From: a virus
Taxonomy: Duplodnaviria > Caudoviricetes
Length of the DNA stretch: 64,000 nucleotides
Strand: one strand, 5' to 3'
Virus record (IMG/VR): IMGVR_UViG_3300008255_000118
Span: 1 to 64,000 of that record
The stretch's first letter is position 1, and each line of letters begins with the position of its first letter. The position numbers and the translations under genes are program-made. The notes below the pieces were generated by a model. That model was not told the DNA's origin, searched no databases, and saw nothing but the letters and a program-made list of their open reading frames with translations. This document shows positions 45,046 through 55,798 of this stretch, piece after piece.

Positions 45046-47838
45046 CTATAAATAACTAAAACTAAACTCCATCTTATCACCTAGTAATGCTCTACATAAG
45101 TTCCATAGTGACATTGAAGTATCATCATGTTGTGTTAAGCTCTCTAGTTTACCTGTCTGTTGTATAAAAGAGATACTATTTAATTCTGAGAAATATAAGT
45201 CTGTCATAGCTTTAGCTTTCTTTGACTTATAAGGAAATCTCATTTTATTAGTTTCAAAAAATACTGCCATTCTTGGAACTCCTAAATATAATGATTTTTT
45301 GTTAGCTCCTGTAGTTTTACCTACCACAGGTAAGTTTTCATCTTTCATCATTTGTACAAATATCTCCTGAAAGTTGTTGTTCTCAACAAACATAATATCA
45401 GGAGAAAAGTCTCTATCAATCTTCTTAAGAACAGCCATTTGTTCAGAGTAGTTAGCACCCTGTCTCCTCCAACAATTAAAAATGTGAATTTTATTAAACT
45501 TATCTAGTCCGCCTACAGTAAAGACACTATAATCTGATCCCACATTACCCGAGATAGCAAAATCACAACCTACTGCTATCTTCAAGTAGTCATCCCTATT
45601 AATATTATCAATGTTAGAGATAATCTCTCTATCTTCTCCACCCTTAATAGCTTTGTTTAGAATAGAGTAGGGAAAGATAGTCGAATCATCAGAAATAGGT
45701 TTTACTAGTATCTCTCTGGAGAATATCAAAGACCCTAAGACTTCTTTCTTCTCCATAAGAGACTTATAGCTATGTCTTTCCGGGAAAAGTAACTTACCAT
45801 CGGGGAAGATAGCTGGGTACTCAAACATCTTAAATATGTTTGTTTGTCTTAGACGATAGTAGAGATCTTTCTCAAAGAAAGGGGTACCAACAGCTATTAG
45901 TTGCCCTGATGGAGACAAGGCTGGTAAAACTACTCCTGAAAAAATATTCCAATACTTATCTCTTTGATCTTGTGAGTAGATAGATGAATCATTCAAAAAG
46001 TCATCTAGTACTATCCAAGTAGGGTGGTACCCCCTTATTTTAGAATTAGCAGATTTAATTACCAAACTTGAACCATTCTTACACTCTATATGGTCAGAGC
46101 CCCAAGTACTCTCTCTACCTATTGGCTTAAGCCTCTCTTTTAGTATATCATTAGAGTCTATCTCAGTTTGTATGATATCCATTAAGTGTCTAGCTAACCC
46201 ATACTCATTTGTAATAAGCATCCCTTCTCTAGCCATAGAGAGATCTCTACTCTTATTACTCTCATAATTTAGCATAAGTTTCTGATTCTCTTTAATAGGC
46301 TGATATCTATACATCTGCCATAAAGGGTAGGCATAGCTAAAATGATAAGAATTATGAGTAACAGTACCATCGCCTAAGACAAATCTGTTGTCCCCATCTA
46401 CAGCAATAGATATATATTCTCCTTCTTCTAGCTCTTCTATATCTAAAGTTGATACATTTGAGATATCATAATTCACACTATCACCAGTATAGACCTTTGG
46501 CCTTCTAAACATTGAGTTTGATAACTCTGTATCTTTTATCCTCTTTCTATCTAATAATACTGGTAAATCTAGTAGTTTTTCACCACATATCTTAAGCCTG
46601 ATTGACTCAAACTTCCTCCCACTTTTCGTAAAACTACTCCATTCACTCTTTCTAACACAGTGTAAACCTAATGTATAGCATAGATTCTCTATATCATCTA
46701 TTAGTCTACTATGTTTTACACTCTGTGTGATGATTAGTTGATTATCTTCAACACTACCATCAGAATCAGCTAACCCTGCTAGAACTCCCATTCTGACTTC
46801 AACTGAATTAAGTATAAAGTCTTCAGGGATATATTTTTCACTGGTTAGATCATATTTCTTAAACAGTGAATTAATTGGATTCTTTCTACCTCTAGTACCA
46901 CTTAAGTATCTAGCACACTGATCTTCCCTAGTCTTTAGATCTAAGCCTAATTCTCCCCCATATGTAGTTAAGTAGCCAACAATCTTCTTATCTACTGTGC
47001 TAATCTCTTGAGGGATACTCTGTGTACCATCTCCTAACCATAACCCTAAATAATAGGGATCTAGATATATTTTCTTATATGGCAGTGAGAGGCAAACTTT
47101 GTACCCTTTATGTAGATTCTTAAAGTCTCTGGGTGAATTGATAAAATCTTTGATTTCTACATCTATAAGCTCTGGCACTCTGCTAGAGGGATTTACTCTC
47201 CCATCTGGAGTTCTCCACTTTCTATATAGTGATAGTATATGCCTACTATTAACTGTATAAGAGTTTCCTCTAGATTGGTTCACTCTATACATTTTGTCTC
47301 TCCCTCTATAAGCTCCTATAACTTTTCTAGATACTGAATCAGGGCCCATAAGTAGATCTCCAATCCTAATTTCACCAGCTAGTTTTATAGTGCCATCTCC
47401 CATTCTCACTGAAGTTTCTCCTGAAATCGACTTACCATGGTCCCTTGCCGCCAAGACCCCTAAAAGCCTATATATTTGTAATAGATTACTCCACTCCAGA
47501 TTATGCCAACCTAGAATAAAGTCAGGCAATAGAGATGATATAAAGTAGTTCAACAACTTACATCTAAGTGTCTCCTCTACACTTTCTGTTAAGCCAGATA
47601 CATAAGTAAATGAAGTTGAATCAAGAATTTTATTCTGAGTAGTTACTATATCAAAAGTTTCTTTGAATATCTGTTGAATAACTTTATCTATATCTGATTC
47701 TTGACCGCCTGATAGCCCTAGAATAGCTTTTTCATCTAAGAGATCTACAATATCTTCTACAAGACTCATAGTTTCTCTTAATTGCTTAATGGGGACAGCT
47801 TTATCTTTTGAATTAGCAAATAGGGAGTCTATTATCAT
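45046..47838 (-). CDS. terL: terminase large subunit with intein
   Basis: AARDHGK Walker A, WIVLDD Walker B, VGTPF, GCDFA...SDYS, ENNNFQ, HDD..MSLW nuclease motif. Confidence 0.92.
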   Translation of the reverse strand: MIIDSLFANSKDKAVPIKQLRETMSLVEDIVDLLDEKAILGLSGGQESDIDKVIQQIFKETFDIVTTQNKILDSTSFTYVSGLTESVEETLRCKLLNYFISSLLPDFILGWHNLEWSNLLQIYRLLGVLAARDHGKSISGETSVRMGDGTIKLAGEIRIGDLLMGPDSVSRKVIGAYRGRDKMYRVNQSRGNSYTVNSRHILSLYRKWRTPDGRVNPSSRVPELIDVEIKDFINSPRDFKNLHKGYKVCLSLPYKKIYLDPYYLGLWLGDGTQSIPQEISTVDKKIVGYLTTYGGELGLDLKTREDQCARYLSGTRGRKNPINSLFKKYDLTSEKYIPEDFILNSVEVRMGVLAGLADSDGSVEDNQLIITQSVKHSRLIDDIENLCYTLGLHCVRKSEWSSFTKSGRKFESIRLKICGEKLLDLPVLLDRKRIKDTELSNSMFRRPKVYTGDSVNYDISNVSTLDIEELEEGEYISIAVDGDNRFVLGDGTVTHNSYHFSYAYPLWQMYRYQPIKENQKLMLNYESNKSRDLSMAREGMLITNEYGLARHLMDIIQTEIDSNDILKERLKPIGRESTWGSDHIECKNGSSLVIKSANSKIRGYHPTWIVLDDFLNDSSIYSQDQRDKYWNIFSGVVLPALSPSGQLIAVGTPFFEKDLYYRLRQTNIFKMFEYPAIFPDGKLLFPERHSYKSLMEKKEVLGSLIFSREILVKPISDDSTIFPYSILNKAIKGGEDREIISNIDNINRDDYLKIAVGCDFAISGNVGSDYSVFTVGGLDKFNKIHIFNCWRRQGANYSEQMAVLKKIDRDFSPDIMFVENNNFQEIFVQMMKDENLPVVGKTTGANKKSLYLGVPRMAVFFETNKMRFPYKSKKAKAMTDLYFSELNSISFIQQTGKLESLTQHDDTSMSLWNLCRALLGDKMEFSFSYL
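46351..47430 (-). mobile_element. LAGLIDADG intein in TerL (360 aa, Ser1)
   Basis: HGK|SISG...VNSRH...LGLWLGDG...LAGLADSDG...VTHN|SYH. Confidence 0.9.
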
Positions 47839-48524
47839 ACAAGTCTGAACTTATCTCTAAATCTGTTTTCATCTTCTATCACAACTCTCTGGCCTACTCC
47901 TCTTACTGATTCGATAAAATACTTAACAAGGCTTAAATTACCCTCCACATCATTCATTGCCCTATGTGCATCTACTATAGGGCGCCCTATATATTTACAA
48001 CAAGTCCCTAGTGTATGATCTTTATAAGGGTAGTCAGAGTAGCCAAAGTATCGTCTTGCCTCTTTCATAGTATCAATAGTCTCTTTTTGTGAAACATATT
48101 TAAAGAAGTCAACTTTATGTTCTTTTAGAAACTGTTCTATAAAAGGGATATCAAATGAATCAATGTTATGTCCACACAGTATTGGCTTTCTATCTGGTAC
48201 TACAGAAATGCCTGGCTTGGACTCTACTTTCATAGACTCAAAGAAAGCTACCATCTCTAGTACTACTTGAGCACTGTCAATCCCTCTTTTTTCAATCTCT
48301 CCCATAGTGAAGCCATTAGCTTTAAAAGCTCCCTGGGAGTACTCTTTTTCATCATTATATGGCAGTACTACCCACTCACAACGGCCTATCTCTTTTAGAT
48401 TATTATCAATTGCGATAGCTGCAAACTCTATCAAAGGATTCTTTACAGGACTAAACCCACCTGTTTCTAAATCAAATACGATAATGTTTGGGTACTCTTT
48501 TCTGTTAGTATGGTCTGTACTCAT
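47835..48524 (-). CDS. DEDDh 3'-5' exonuclease (DnaQ-like)
   Basis: VFDLETGG, GHNIDSFD, IDT, AHRAMND. Confidence 0.9.
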   Translation of the reverse strand: MSTDHTNRKEYPNIIVFDLETGGFSPVKNPLIEFAAIAIDNNLKEIGRCEWVVLPYNDEKEYSQGAFKANGFTMGEIEKRGIDSAQVVLEMVAFFESMKVESKPGISVVPDRKPILCGHNIDSFDIPFIEQFLKEHKVDFFKYVSQKETIDTMKEARRYFGYSDYPYKDHTLGTCCKYIGRPIVDAHRAMNDVEGNLSLVKYFIESVRGVGQRVVIEDENRFRDKFRLV

Positions 48525-48530
48525 AGACTA

Positions 48531-48797
48531 CTAATTTTCTCTAACTATTCTGACAAACTTAATACCAGTATTCAGTACCCTAATGTACTCTAACTTATCA
48601 CCGCCATACTTATTAGGGAGTCTACCTCTTCTAACAAACTCTTTCCCTTCATGAGGAGTAAAACTAGCTTCACTAGATTTGCTATACTTCTCTGTTAGAT
48701 ATTTAGCAAATTCTGTTAAAGTATAGCAATCTTTATCTACCATACTCTCTTCTACCTCAATAATAAATTCATCTTCTTGTTTTTCTTTCTGTTTCAT
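48531..48797 (-). CDS. putative small DNA-binding (winged helix) protein
   Basis: YTLTEFAKYL...F......FVRRGRLP resembles MerR/excisionase-type wHTH. Confidence 0.45.
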   Translation of the reverse strand: MKQKEKQEDEFIIEVEESMVDKDCYTLTEFAKYLTEKYSKSSEASFTPHEGKEFVRRGRLPNKYGGDKLEYIRVLNTGIKFVRIVREN

Positions 48798-48809
48798 CTT
48801 TTCATCTCT

Positions 48810-49325
48810 TTAAATAAACTTAACCCCATAGGATATCAGTTTTTGTTTTAAAATTTCTAGCTCTTTGTCTCTAGCTTCTTCTTTCTTATATTCCAGTCTT
48901 ACTGACTTGCCCCTATTAGGGTATTGTTCTCTACTATTTATCTCAATATAAAATACATTACACAATCTTGTTACGCTCCACCCATAATCTACTCTAATTA
49001 GTGATATTAGACTAACTCTAAAGATTGATCCAGCAAAGGTAATAAAGACTGCTGCCTCTTCTTCTTTACTCTCTTTATCTAGTTCCACAGAATGTTCAAT
49101 CCCTTCATTTTTTGTAAAGGCTCTAACTCTATCAATAAACTTAGAATCTCTCTCTACCTTCCACTTAGACAATAGTCCAGCTATTTCAAACTGCTCTAAG
49201 TCTATGTGATAATCTATAAGCAGATCAATAATCTCTGCATCTAAAACAGAAATACTAGACTTCCCATCTACTACTGTACCATCATATCTATCTGAAACTA
49301 CTCTTAAGTGACTACGGCCTATCAT
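48810..49325 (-). CDS. hypothetical protein
   Basis: 171 aa ORF. Confidence 0.6.
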   Translation of the reverse strand: MIGRSHLRVVSDRYDGTVVDGKSSISVLDAEIIDLLIDYHIDLEQFEIAGLLSKWKVERDSKFIDRVRAFTKNEGIEHSVELDKESKEEEAAVFITFAGSIFRVSLISLIRVDYGWSVTRLCNVFYIEINSREQYPNRGKSVRLEYKKEEARDKELEILKQKLISYGVKFI

Positions 49326-49833
49326 ATTTGCTAAACTTTATCATATAATATTGAGGATCTAACTCTTTTACTAACATTAATATTTCTTCTTTGTCTCTAA
49401 AGTTATCAATTCTCCCTTGTTCATACTCATCATGACACCCTAGATTATCATCAAATGTCATACACTGAATCTTGATGTTTCTTTTTTCAGTTATAAGATC
49501 TCTCCTTCTACTTCTAGGTACTAAATGTGAGTAACTTAAAAACTCTGTAGAGCCACAGCTTTCACATCTATGTCCTCTCTCCTTGCTAATCTCTTGACAA
49601 ACCTTCTGATATTTTATCTGCTCTTGTATTCTCTTACTAGATACAGCTTTCATTGGTTTACTGGCCAACTGTTTCTTAAACTCATTAAGAGACTCTTTCT
49701 TTCTAGGTAATTTACTGTTATCTAGTCTCTCTCTATTCTTCTGTTCACACAAGTACTTAGTCTTGTTTACTATTGGCATTCTCTTCCCACAATCACACTT
49801 ACTACAATAATCAAAAACTACTTCTCCAAACAT
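49312..49833 (-). CDS. HNH-family nuclease with Zn ribbons
   Basis: CESCG...SHLVPRS...N....C......CH..Y. Confidence 0.7.
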   Translation of the reverse strand: MFGEVVFDYCSKCDCGKRMPIVNKTKYLCEQKNRERLDNSKLPRKKESLNEFKKQLASKPMKAVSSKRIQEQIKYQKVCQEISKERGHRCESCGSTEFLSYSHLVPRSRRRDLITEKRNIKIQCMTFDDNLGCHDEYEQGRIDNFRDKEEILMLVKELDPQYYMIKFSKYDRP

Positions 49834-50351
49834 CTCTCTGTCTTTATTTCTCTACAACTATTCTTAAAATTACAAATCATACACTCTACACAAGTTCTAT
49901 CATATAAGGTTGTTGTTTCCATACAGAAAACTAACCCAGCAGGTGTATTATGGAATCTCTTTCTATCAAGACTACTACCCATTTTTAAGGTTTTATACTG
50001 ATTCTGAAATATCTTCGTATATTGTATATCATGTTTTCTTAAGAAAGAATCATCTACATAACTCATCTCTGTCTTCTTAGAATCTTTTAGGTATCTTTCT
50101 AAGGAGGTCTTACCAAAAATATTGGAAATGGAATACTTGCTAAAACTTCTTGAAGACTCTCTATACTGGAACTGGTTAGACATATACTTAAATAAATATG
50201 ATGTCCCTACTAACTTCAAGTTATACGTAAGATGTAGAGCTAGAAGGAAATTCGTTATAGTCTCTCTATCTCTGCTCTGATACTGAAACTTCTCTCCAAG
50301 TCTACTTAGGAAATACTTATAGATCAATAATAGTTTTTGTCTCTTACTCAC
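49818..50351 (-). CDS. hypothetical protein with C-terminal Cys cluster
   Basis: C...TTLY...C..C..C.....C; GTG start. Confidence 0.6.
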   Translation of the reverse strand: MSKRQKLLLIYKYFLSRLGEKFQYQSRDRETITNFLLALHLTYNLKLVGTSYLFKYMSNQFQYRESSRSFSKYSISNIFGKTSLERYLKDSKKTEMSYVDDSFLRKHDIQYTKIFQNQYKTLKMGSSLDRKRFHNTPAGLVFCMETTTLYDRTCVECMICNFKNSCREIKTERCLEK

Positions 50352-50370
50352 TTTTATTCTTCTAAGAGTA

Positions 50371-50401
50371 TAAAATTAATAATTTTATTTCTATTATTAA
50401 A
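50371..50401 (-). promoter_or_regulatory. degenerate copy of the phage promoter
   Basis: TTTA-N19-TAATTTTA at the boundary between tail and DNA-metabolism genes; palindrome not intact. Confidence 0.4.
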
Positions 50402-50424
50402 AGTAAAAGACTATAGAATTAATA

Positions 50425-51006
50425 CTAGACTGCAGGTATCTCAACAAAATCAATCTTTAGCTTATACAACTCTTCTCTCTTAATCTCTTGCCCAGCCTCC
50501 ATTTGTGCCTGTAGAACATCACATTCTGGACAATCAAGACTAGACAAGGAAGATGGTCTAGCTATCACTCTCTGTAACCATATCCCTAAATAGTCCCCTA
50601 CCTTCCAAGTAAGGCCTGTTACTGAAATACTCTCTAAGTTAGTTAAGGGTACTAGAGTGCCTATAGTAGGGATAGATTCAGAGTCATCTAACTCTTCAAA
50701 GTAATAACCTAAGGAAGACCCTTGTGCTGGCATAATTAAAAATGCATTAAAGGCACTAATAGTATCTGCCTCTAACTCTATGCCTAAAGTAATCTCAGAG
50801 ATAGATAACTGCCCCTCATTCTTAATGGCAATACATCTCATCTCCTCCAGTCCCTTAGAAACTGTTGTTTCTGAGATACTTCTAAATAAGTTTCCCATCT
50901 TCTTATTTGGTATCTTTGAACTTGAGATATTACCTCCAAGTGATTTACCAGGTAGATTCTGTTTCCCAAAGTATTTTTTTGCTCCAGTATAGTATAGTCC
51001 TATCAT
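50425..51006 (-). CDS. baseplate/tail structural protein
   Basis: 193 aa; end of tail operon; SLGG.ISS and YLGIWL.R segments. Confidence 0.5.
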   Translation of the reverse strand: MIGLYYTGAKKYFGKQNLPGKSLGGNISSSKIPNKKMGNLFRSISETTVSKGLEEMRCIAIKNEGQLSISEITLGIELEADTISAFNAFLIMPAQGSSLGYYFEELDDSESIPTIGTLVPLTNLESISVTGLTWKVGDYLGIWLQRVIARPSSLSSLDCPECDVLQAQMEAGQEIKREELYKLKIDFVEIPAV

Positions 51007-51016
51007 CGTTATGTTA

Positions 51017-52933
51017 TTATAAGATTCTCATTATTTTATAAACCACTAAGTATGGTTGTAAGTTTGGGTGTGCCTCTGCTGCGGGGCTTGAACTAATTGC
51101 TACAGTAATATTAGAACTTGTTAATTCTGTTTTAGCAGCTAAGTCAGTATCCATAATCATCGTTCTTCTAGAACCTTCACCACTACCCCCTGGATTAGAA
51201 TAGTCAGGAGTTCCCATCACTCCCTTCTTGACTAACATGTTATGTCGATGCTGACTATCAGTTACTGCAGCATCATGTGTATGTGGACCATTCTGTGACC
51301 CTGATAGAGTTACTGTTTTAACGCCCCCTGTAGCTGAAATTGTATCAAAATCAACATCAACGGGGTTCAAGCCTACTGCAACTCTACCTTGAAAATTAGG
51401 TGTTAGCTGTCCATATAGAGGTGAATCTACATTTGTTATTTCTCTACCATCACAAATGACCCAGTTAGTAGGGACATCAGATTCAGAACCCGTATAGTCT
51501 ATTATTCCCCCTATTGGTAGTATTGAATCAAGTACTGTAATAATTGTAGAGGCTCTTCTCTTTATGTTTAGTATTCCCCCTGTTGAGGTGTCTAGAGTAT
51601 TTGAGCTCTGAACTCCCTCTGAAGTAAAGTTGTCCTCTGGTATATAGGGACCTGTGTTAAGTAAGTTTACAGCACTATTACCAACATTACTCTTAAGATG
51701 TCTGTATGAAATTTTTATAGTAGAATTTGACTCGACCTCTACTGTACATGATCTCATATTAGAGTCAAAAGAAAAAGTTTTTGTAATATTAGAGTCAGTT
51801 ACACTCTCAATTGAAATTTGAATAGTTTCACAGTCTGGTACAATATAGAGAGGGCCAGTTAAGTTACTACTTGTTATAGTTGTTAGCAACTTAGCTACTC
51901 CGCCTGATATATTTACTGATAAAATCTTACTTACTTTCCCATCTGGGAAGACTACTCTCCAACCGACTAATAAATTTTCATCAATAAGTTCAGCAATACT
52001 CTGCCAAATACCACCTTTAACAGATCCCACAGTTATTTCTCCTGAACTATCAATTGACCAACCACCTGAACTAGAAACTAGACCCCAGCCTATCTGTATT
52101 GTATTATTTAGCCCTGAGCTGTTTAAGCTACTATACTTAACCCACTCAGTACCAATAATAGGGTTTACTTTTGATACTCTATTATTGATTAAAGAAAATC
52201 TATTTGAATCTCTAGAATCTTTAATAGTAACAACCCCACCACTGTTTACAACTGAGCCTAATAGGAACTCAAGTTGATTATCAGATAAATCTGTTAAGGA
52301 TACTTTAATTAAGTAAGAATCATTTAAAAAGGGATACTTATTACTTTCATCTATAACGATTGAAGGAGTAAAAGTACCTACTACTGAGTATTTAATACCC
52401 GTTTCAGCAACTAATATGCCTGGTACAACATTCAGATAAGCTAACTCATTACTTATAATAGAAGCTATCTCATACTCACTTATGTTATTTGAGGAGTTAG
52501 TAAATCTTATCTTAGTAGGTAGTCTTGAAGAAACTCCTCTAAGTATTGATAAAAACTCTGTACCAATACCTGCTATACTGCCTTCTGGTGTTATAGATAC
52601 TGTTCCCTTCTCCTCTAGTGTCTGTTTATAAGAAATAGTAATAAAGTACTCATTACTATCATCAGGGACAGTAATAGCATTCACTATATCCTCATCTACA
52701 GAGATATATTCATGATTCTTATTAACTGCTAAGCCTGACTTAACAGAAACTTTCCCACTACTACCAGGAAATAGTCTTAGTGAACTTGACAACTTATCAT
52801 TGATAACTATCCCATAGTTATTTACAACGACTTTACTTAAGGTAAGATAGCCCCTTTCTCTATATGACTTATCTAGTTTCTTGAATTCTGGTATGCCTAG
52901 TAGCAAATCTGTACCCAACTTTACTTGACTCAT
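51017..52933 (-). CDS. baseplate wedge / short tail fibre with tail-collar domain
   Basis: LPIGGII...VPTNWVICDG...TPNFQGRVAVG...GG...VTL...PHTH...AH.NLQPY..VY.IMR. Confidence 0.75.
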   Translation of the reverse strand: MSQVKLGTDLLLGIPEFKKLDKSYRERGYLTLSKVVVNNYGIVINDKLSSSLRLFPGSSGKVSVKSGLAVNKNHEYISVDEDIVNAITVPDDSNEYFITISYKQTLEEKGTVSITPEGSIAGIGTEFLSILRGVSSRLPTKIRFTNSSNNISEYEIASIISNELAYLNVVPGILVAETGIKYSVVGTFTPSIVIDESNKYPFLNDSYLIKVSLTDLSDNQLEFLLGSVVNSGGVVTIKDSRDSNRFSLINNRVSKVNPIIGTEWVKYSSLNSSGLNNTIQIGWGLVSSSGGWSIDSSGEITVGSVKGGIWQSIAELIDENLLVGWRVVFPDGKVSKILSVNISGGVAKLLTTITSSNLTGPLYIVPDCETIQISIESVTDSNITKTFSFDSNMRSCTVEVESNSTIKISYRHLKSNVGNSAVNLLNTGPYIPEDNFTSEGVQSSNTLDTSTGGILNIKRRASTIITVLDSILPIGGIIDYTGSESDVPTNWVICDGREITNVDSPLYGQLTPNFQGRVAVGLNPVDVDFDTISATGGVKTVTLSGSQNGPHTHDAAVTDSQHRHNMLVKKGVMGTPDYSNPGGSGEGSRRTMIMDTDLAAKTELTSSNITVAISSSPAAEAHPNLQPYLVVYKIMRIL

Positions 52934-52955
52934 AACTTTATTTTTTATTATTCTA

Positions 52956-54635
52956 TTATTCTATTATTGACCCACCCCAATTATTGTAAACTAAACTATT
53001 TGTAAAGTCCGTTTCATCACCACCTAGATAGGTTGCTCTGAAGAAGAATCCCGGAATAGACCCAACTATTGTATCTCCCACCTCTAGTTCATTCTCTAAG
53101 TAATTACCTACTTTCTTGTGTAACAAGAAGGTGTACCCGCCTATTACAAGAGATGATTTGAATAAACTACCACAAGGGAAACTATAAGTAACAGCAATTG
53201 ACTCTGAATTATCTCTAGTACCTGTATTCACCAACATAGTCTTACTATAGTTTATTAGACTATGATGTGCTAACTCTATGGGACTACTCTTACCACTCTT
53301 ATCAGTATACCAAGTATCAACTAACTGACTACTTTGTAAGAAAGACTTGCTATACTGTGTATGAAGTATTTTGACAAAGTAATCTTTTATTTCTAAATTC
53401 CCTGTAAAAGTTACATTTACATCTAGTTTAGAGATTTCACTCGTCATCTTGATATTACTACCTACTAAAATACTAGGCTGAGAAATAGTATCTATAGTAT
53501 TAGTTCCATAGATAACTAGTCTAACTAAATACCACTGGTCAAATACTGGAGGTGTAACATCTAGTAAAGGTGGGCCTAAAACTACAGAAGGGTCTAGATA
53601 TGTTAACCCATACTCTAGATCATTAGTATCAAACATCTTTACATCAACTGTAAAAGACCCAGTGCCTTTTACAAGCATCATAACTTCATAGTCAATTCTG
53701 GCATCTACTTCAATCTTCTGTGCTATAATTGTAGAGACAGCTGTTACTGTTACTATGTTATCTAAGATACTACAACCTATGAAACTATCAGGTGTCTTTA
53801 GCAAACTTATTAACTCAACTTCAAACTGATCATGTAAATATCTCTCAAATATAGAGTTTCTATCTAGAAAGATACCAGTAGTACCTGGGACAGAGTCAGA
53901 GAAGATAAAGATCTCTCCTGATACTGCTCTTCTACCAAATAGTCTCTCTAATTCATCATAAGCTGACCCTCTTTGACTAAAAATAGTTGAGGTAGATAGT
54001 ACTAAACTCACTAAGGATGCTAGGTCTGAGTTTCTCTTATAAAATAGACCTCTAGAATCAAGAATCTTTCTTACTAAGTCTATTTGTTCTAGACTCTCAA
54101 ATCTTCTAGAGAAAGCTACAACTATGCTTAAGAAGTTTACAATAGACCTCCAGAAGTCAACATAGTCTCTATCTGTTGTATCGCCATCTCTTTCAATATA
54201 GTCTGGGACTATCCCTTTTTCATAAACTTTCTGTAGAACATTTTGTTCCCAAAGTTTGGCAAACCCTCTATCACTACTATCTAAGATTGAAAACAATGAA
54301 TCATCTAAGTTATCAACAACTACCTGTAAATCTGTAACTGGGACTACCCAATCTATTACAACTTGGCCTACCGAATCTGTCTTAGTATATCTAAACTCTA
54401 TGTTAAAGTCTTGTCTATAATCAAGAACAAGATTCTGTAATGCTAGATTTGTTAAAGTAGCCCAGTCAAACCACTTTAGAAGATCAGTTGTATATCTGAA
54501 TTCTCTAGTTAGATTACTAGGAGAGTTCTCACCAGTTAAAGATTCATCATAACTAAGAATACTCTTAACATTCTCTAGAGGGAATGTTAGAGGGATAATA
54601 GCTTGATCTCCTGTGTTTGTTAATATAGTACTCAT
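52956..54635 (-). CDS. baseplate wedge/tail protein
   Basis: 559 aa, follows baseplate J; C-terminal domain shared with ORF 1461-1697. Confidence 0.55.
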   Translation of the reverse strand: MSTILTNTGDQAIIPLTFPLENVKSILSYDESLTGENSPSNLTREFRYTTDLLKWFDWATLTNLALQNLVLDYRQDFNIEFRYTKTDSVGQVVIDWVVPVTDLQVVVDNLDDSLFSILDSSDRGFAKLWEQNVLQKVYEKGIVPDYIERDGDTTDRDYVDFWRSIVNFLSIVVAFSRRFESLEQIDLVRKILDSRGLFYKRNSDLASLVSLVLSTSTIFSQRGSAYDELERLFGRRAVSGEIFIFSDSVPGTTGIFLDRNSIFERYLHDQFEVELISLLKTPDSFIGCSILDNIVTVTAVSTIIAQKIEVDARIDYEVMMLVKGTGSFTVDVKMFDTNDLEYGLTYLDPSVVLGPPLLDVTPPVFDQWYLVRLVIYGTNTIDTISQPSILVGSNIKMTSEISKLDVNVTFTGNLEIKDYFVKILHTQYSKSFLQSSQLVDTWYTDKSGKSSPIELAHHSLINYSKTMLVNTGTRDNSESIAVTYSFPCGSLFKSSLVIGGYTFLLHKKVGNYLENELEVGDTIVGSIPGFFFRATYLGGDETDFTNSLVYNNWGGSIIE

Positions 54636-55798
54636 TATTCTACATATCTAATATTGTCAGTATATAGTACTGGTTCAAAGCTGCCTGTGTTTTCTGATAA
54701 CAATATCCCATCTAAGTCATACATCTTGAAAGATCTTACTCTAGGGTACTGGCCTAAATAGACTATAATATCAGCACTTGGAGTAAAGTATGATTCAGGC
54801 AAAGTTACAACATCTTTATGAGATGAAACAACATTCAAGAGATACTCCCATTGGACTACTCTATTATCCCAAAATCTTAAATCTAAGTATTTACTAACTC
54901 TATTCTGTAGATCAATTCTTAGTTGTGTTAAGTCAGCACTACTAGTGGACTCAAGTCTAAAACTAATATCTACTGGTAGATAACTACAGTTCTCTAACTG
55001 AACTAAAGATCTGCCTGTTGGGCTTATATTTGCTAAACTAAGATATGGGGTTATTTGTTGTGATAAAGTATCTAGCTCCCCTGTTGTTAGAAAACTACCA
55101 TTCTGTAACATTATCCCTAGTATTAACCTACCATCATTCGTTGTACCCTTTCTATATACTCTAAATATGTTAGAATTGAACTTCAACATTATTTGAACTA
55201 AATAAGATAAGGTGTCTCTTGACATTATGTTAGGGTAGTTAATAATTCTATGTCTAAACATTTCATCATCCTCAATGTCTCGGCCCCCCTGTGCTTTGAA
55301 TTCATTAGTAACACTTATATGGCCTGTTGGTTCTGTCGACATTTTATTAATTAACAAACTACTAACATTTGCTCTAGTTCCCTGTTGTACTGATCTTGCT
55401 CTTACATATGCATAGCCCTCTAAACCTATTGTAAGATCATTTTCTAACTGAAATTCTATCCCCTGTCCCATAAAGAGATGTACTGATTGTGTATATATTG
55501 TGCCTACATCGGCAATAATTCTTAAGTATACAGAGGATTCGGAAGCCCCAAGCCTAGCTGGAACGCCAGACCTACTTGCAATAGTATCCAGATTTGTTCC
55601 ATTAGCAAAATCAGGAAAGAGATGAGTCTCTACCAAGGCAATATCTTTCAGTGCCTTTTGTACTACTTTACTTATACCATAACTTACTCCCCCTAAGACA
55701 CTATCATCAGATATCTTAGAGACCTTGTCAGTATTTGAAAGTAGTATTTGTACGAAAACTTTCTTGAGTTGTTCTATTGATGTTATCTTGGCTATCAT
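54635..55798 (-). CDS. baseplate J-like protein
   Basis: A.G..LD.IA...G..R..A, G...NV, N......GG.D.EDDE.FR.RI. Confidence 0.85.
   Translation of the reverse strand: MIAKITSIEQLKKVFVQILLSNTDKVSKISDDSVLGGVSYGISKVVQKALKDIALVETHLFPDFANGTNLDTIASRSGVPARLGASESSVYLRIIADVGTIYTQSVHLFMGQGIEFQLENDLTIGLEGYAYVRARSVQQGTRANVSSLLINKMSTEPTGHISVTNEFKAQGGRDIEDDEMFRHRIINYPNIMSRDTLSYLVQIMLKFNSNIFRVYRKGTTNDGRLILGIMLQNGSFLTTGELDTLSQQITPYLSLANISPTGRSLVQLENCSYLPVDISFRLESTSSADLTQLRIDLQNRVSKYLDLRFWDNRVVQWEYLLNVVSSHKDVVTLPESYFTPSADIIVYLGQYPRVRSFKMYDLDGILLSENTGSFEPVLYTDNIRYVE

Noticed and set aside
10295-47838. Group I introns in thyA, nrdJ, dnaE or terL
   Set aside because: All four reading frames are continuous; the only insertions are in-frame inteins
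1461-53129. Diversity-generating retroelement TR/VR pair (1461-1697 versus 52956-53129)
   Set aside because: Differences are synonymous and not adenine-specific (TCA/AGT, CTA/TTA), and no reverse transcriptase is in the window
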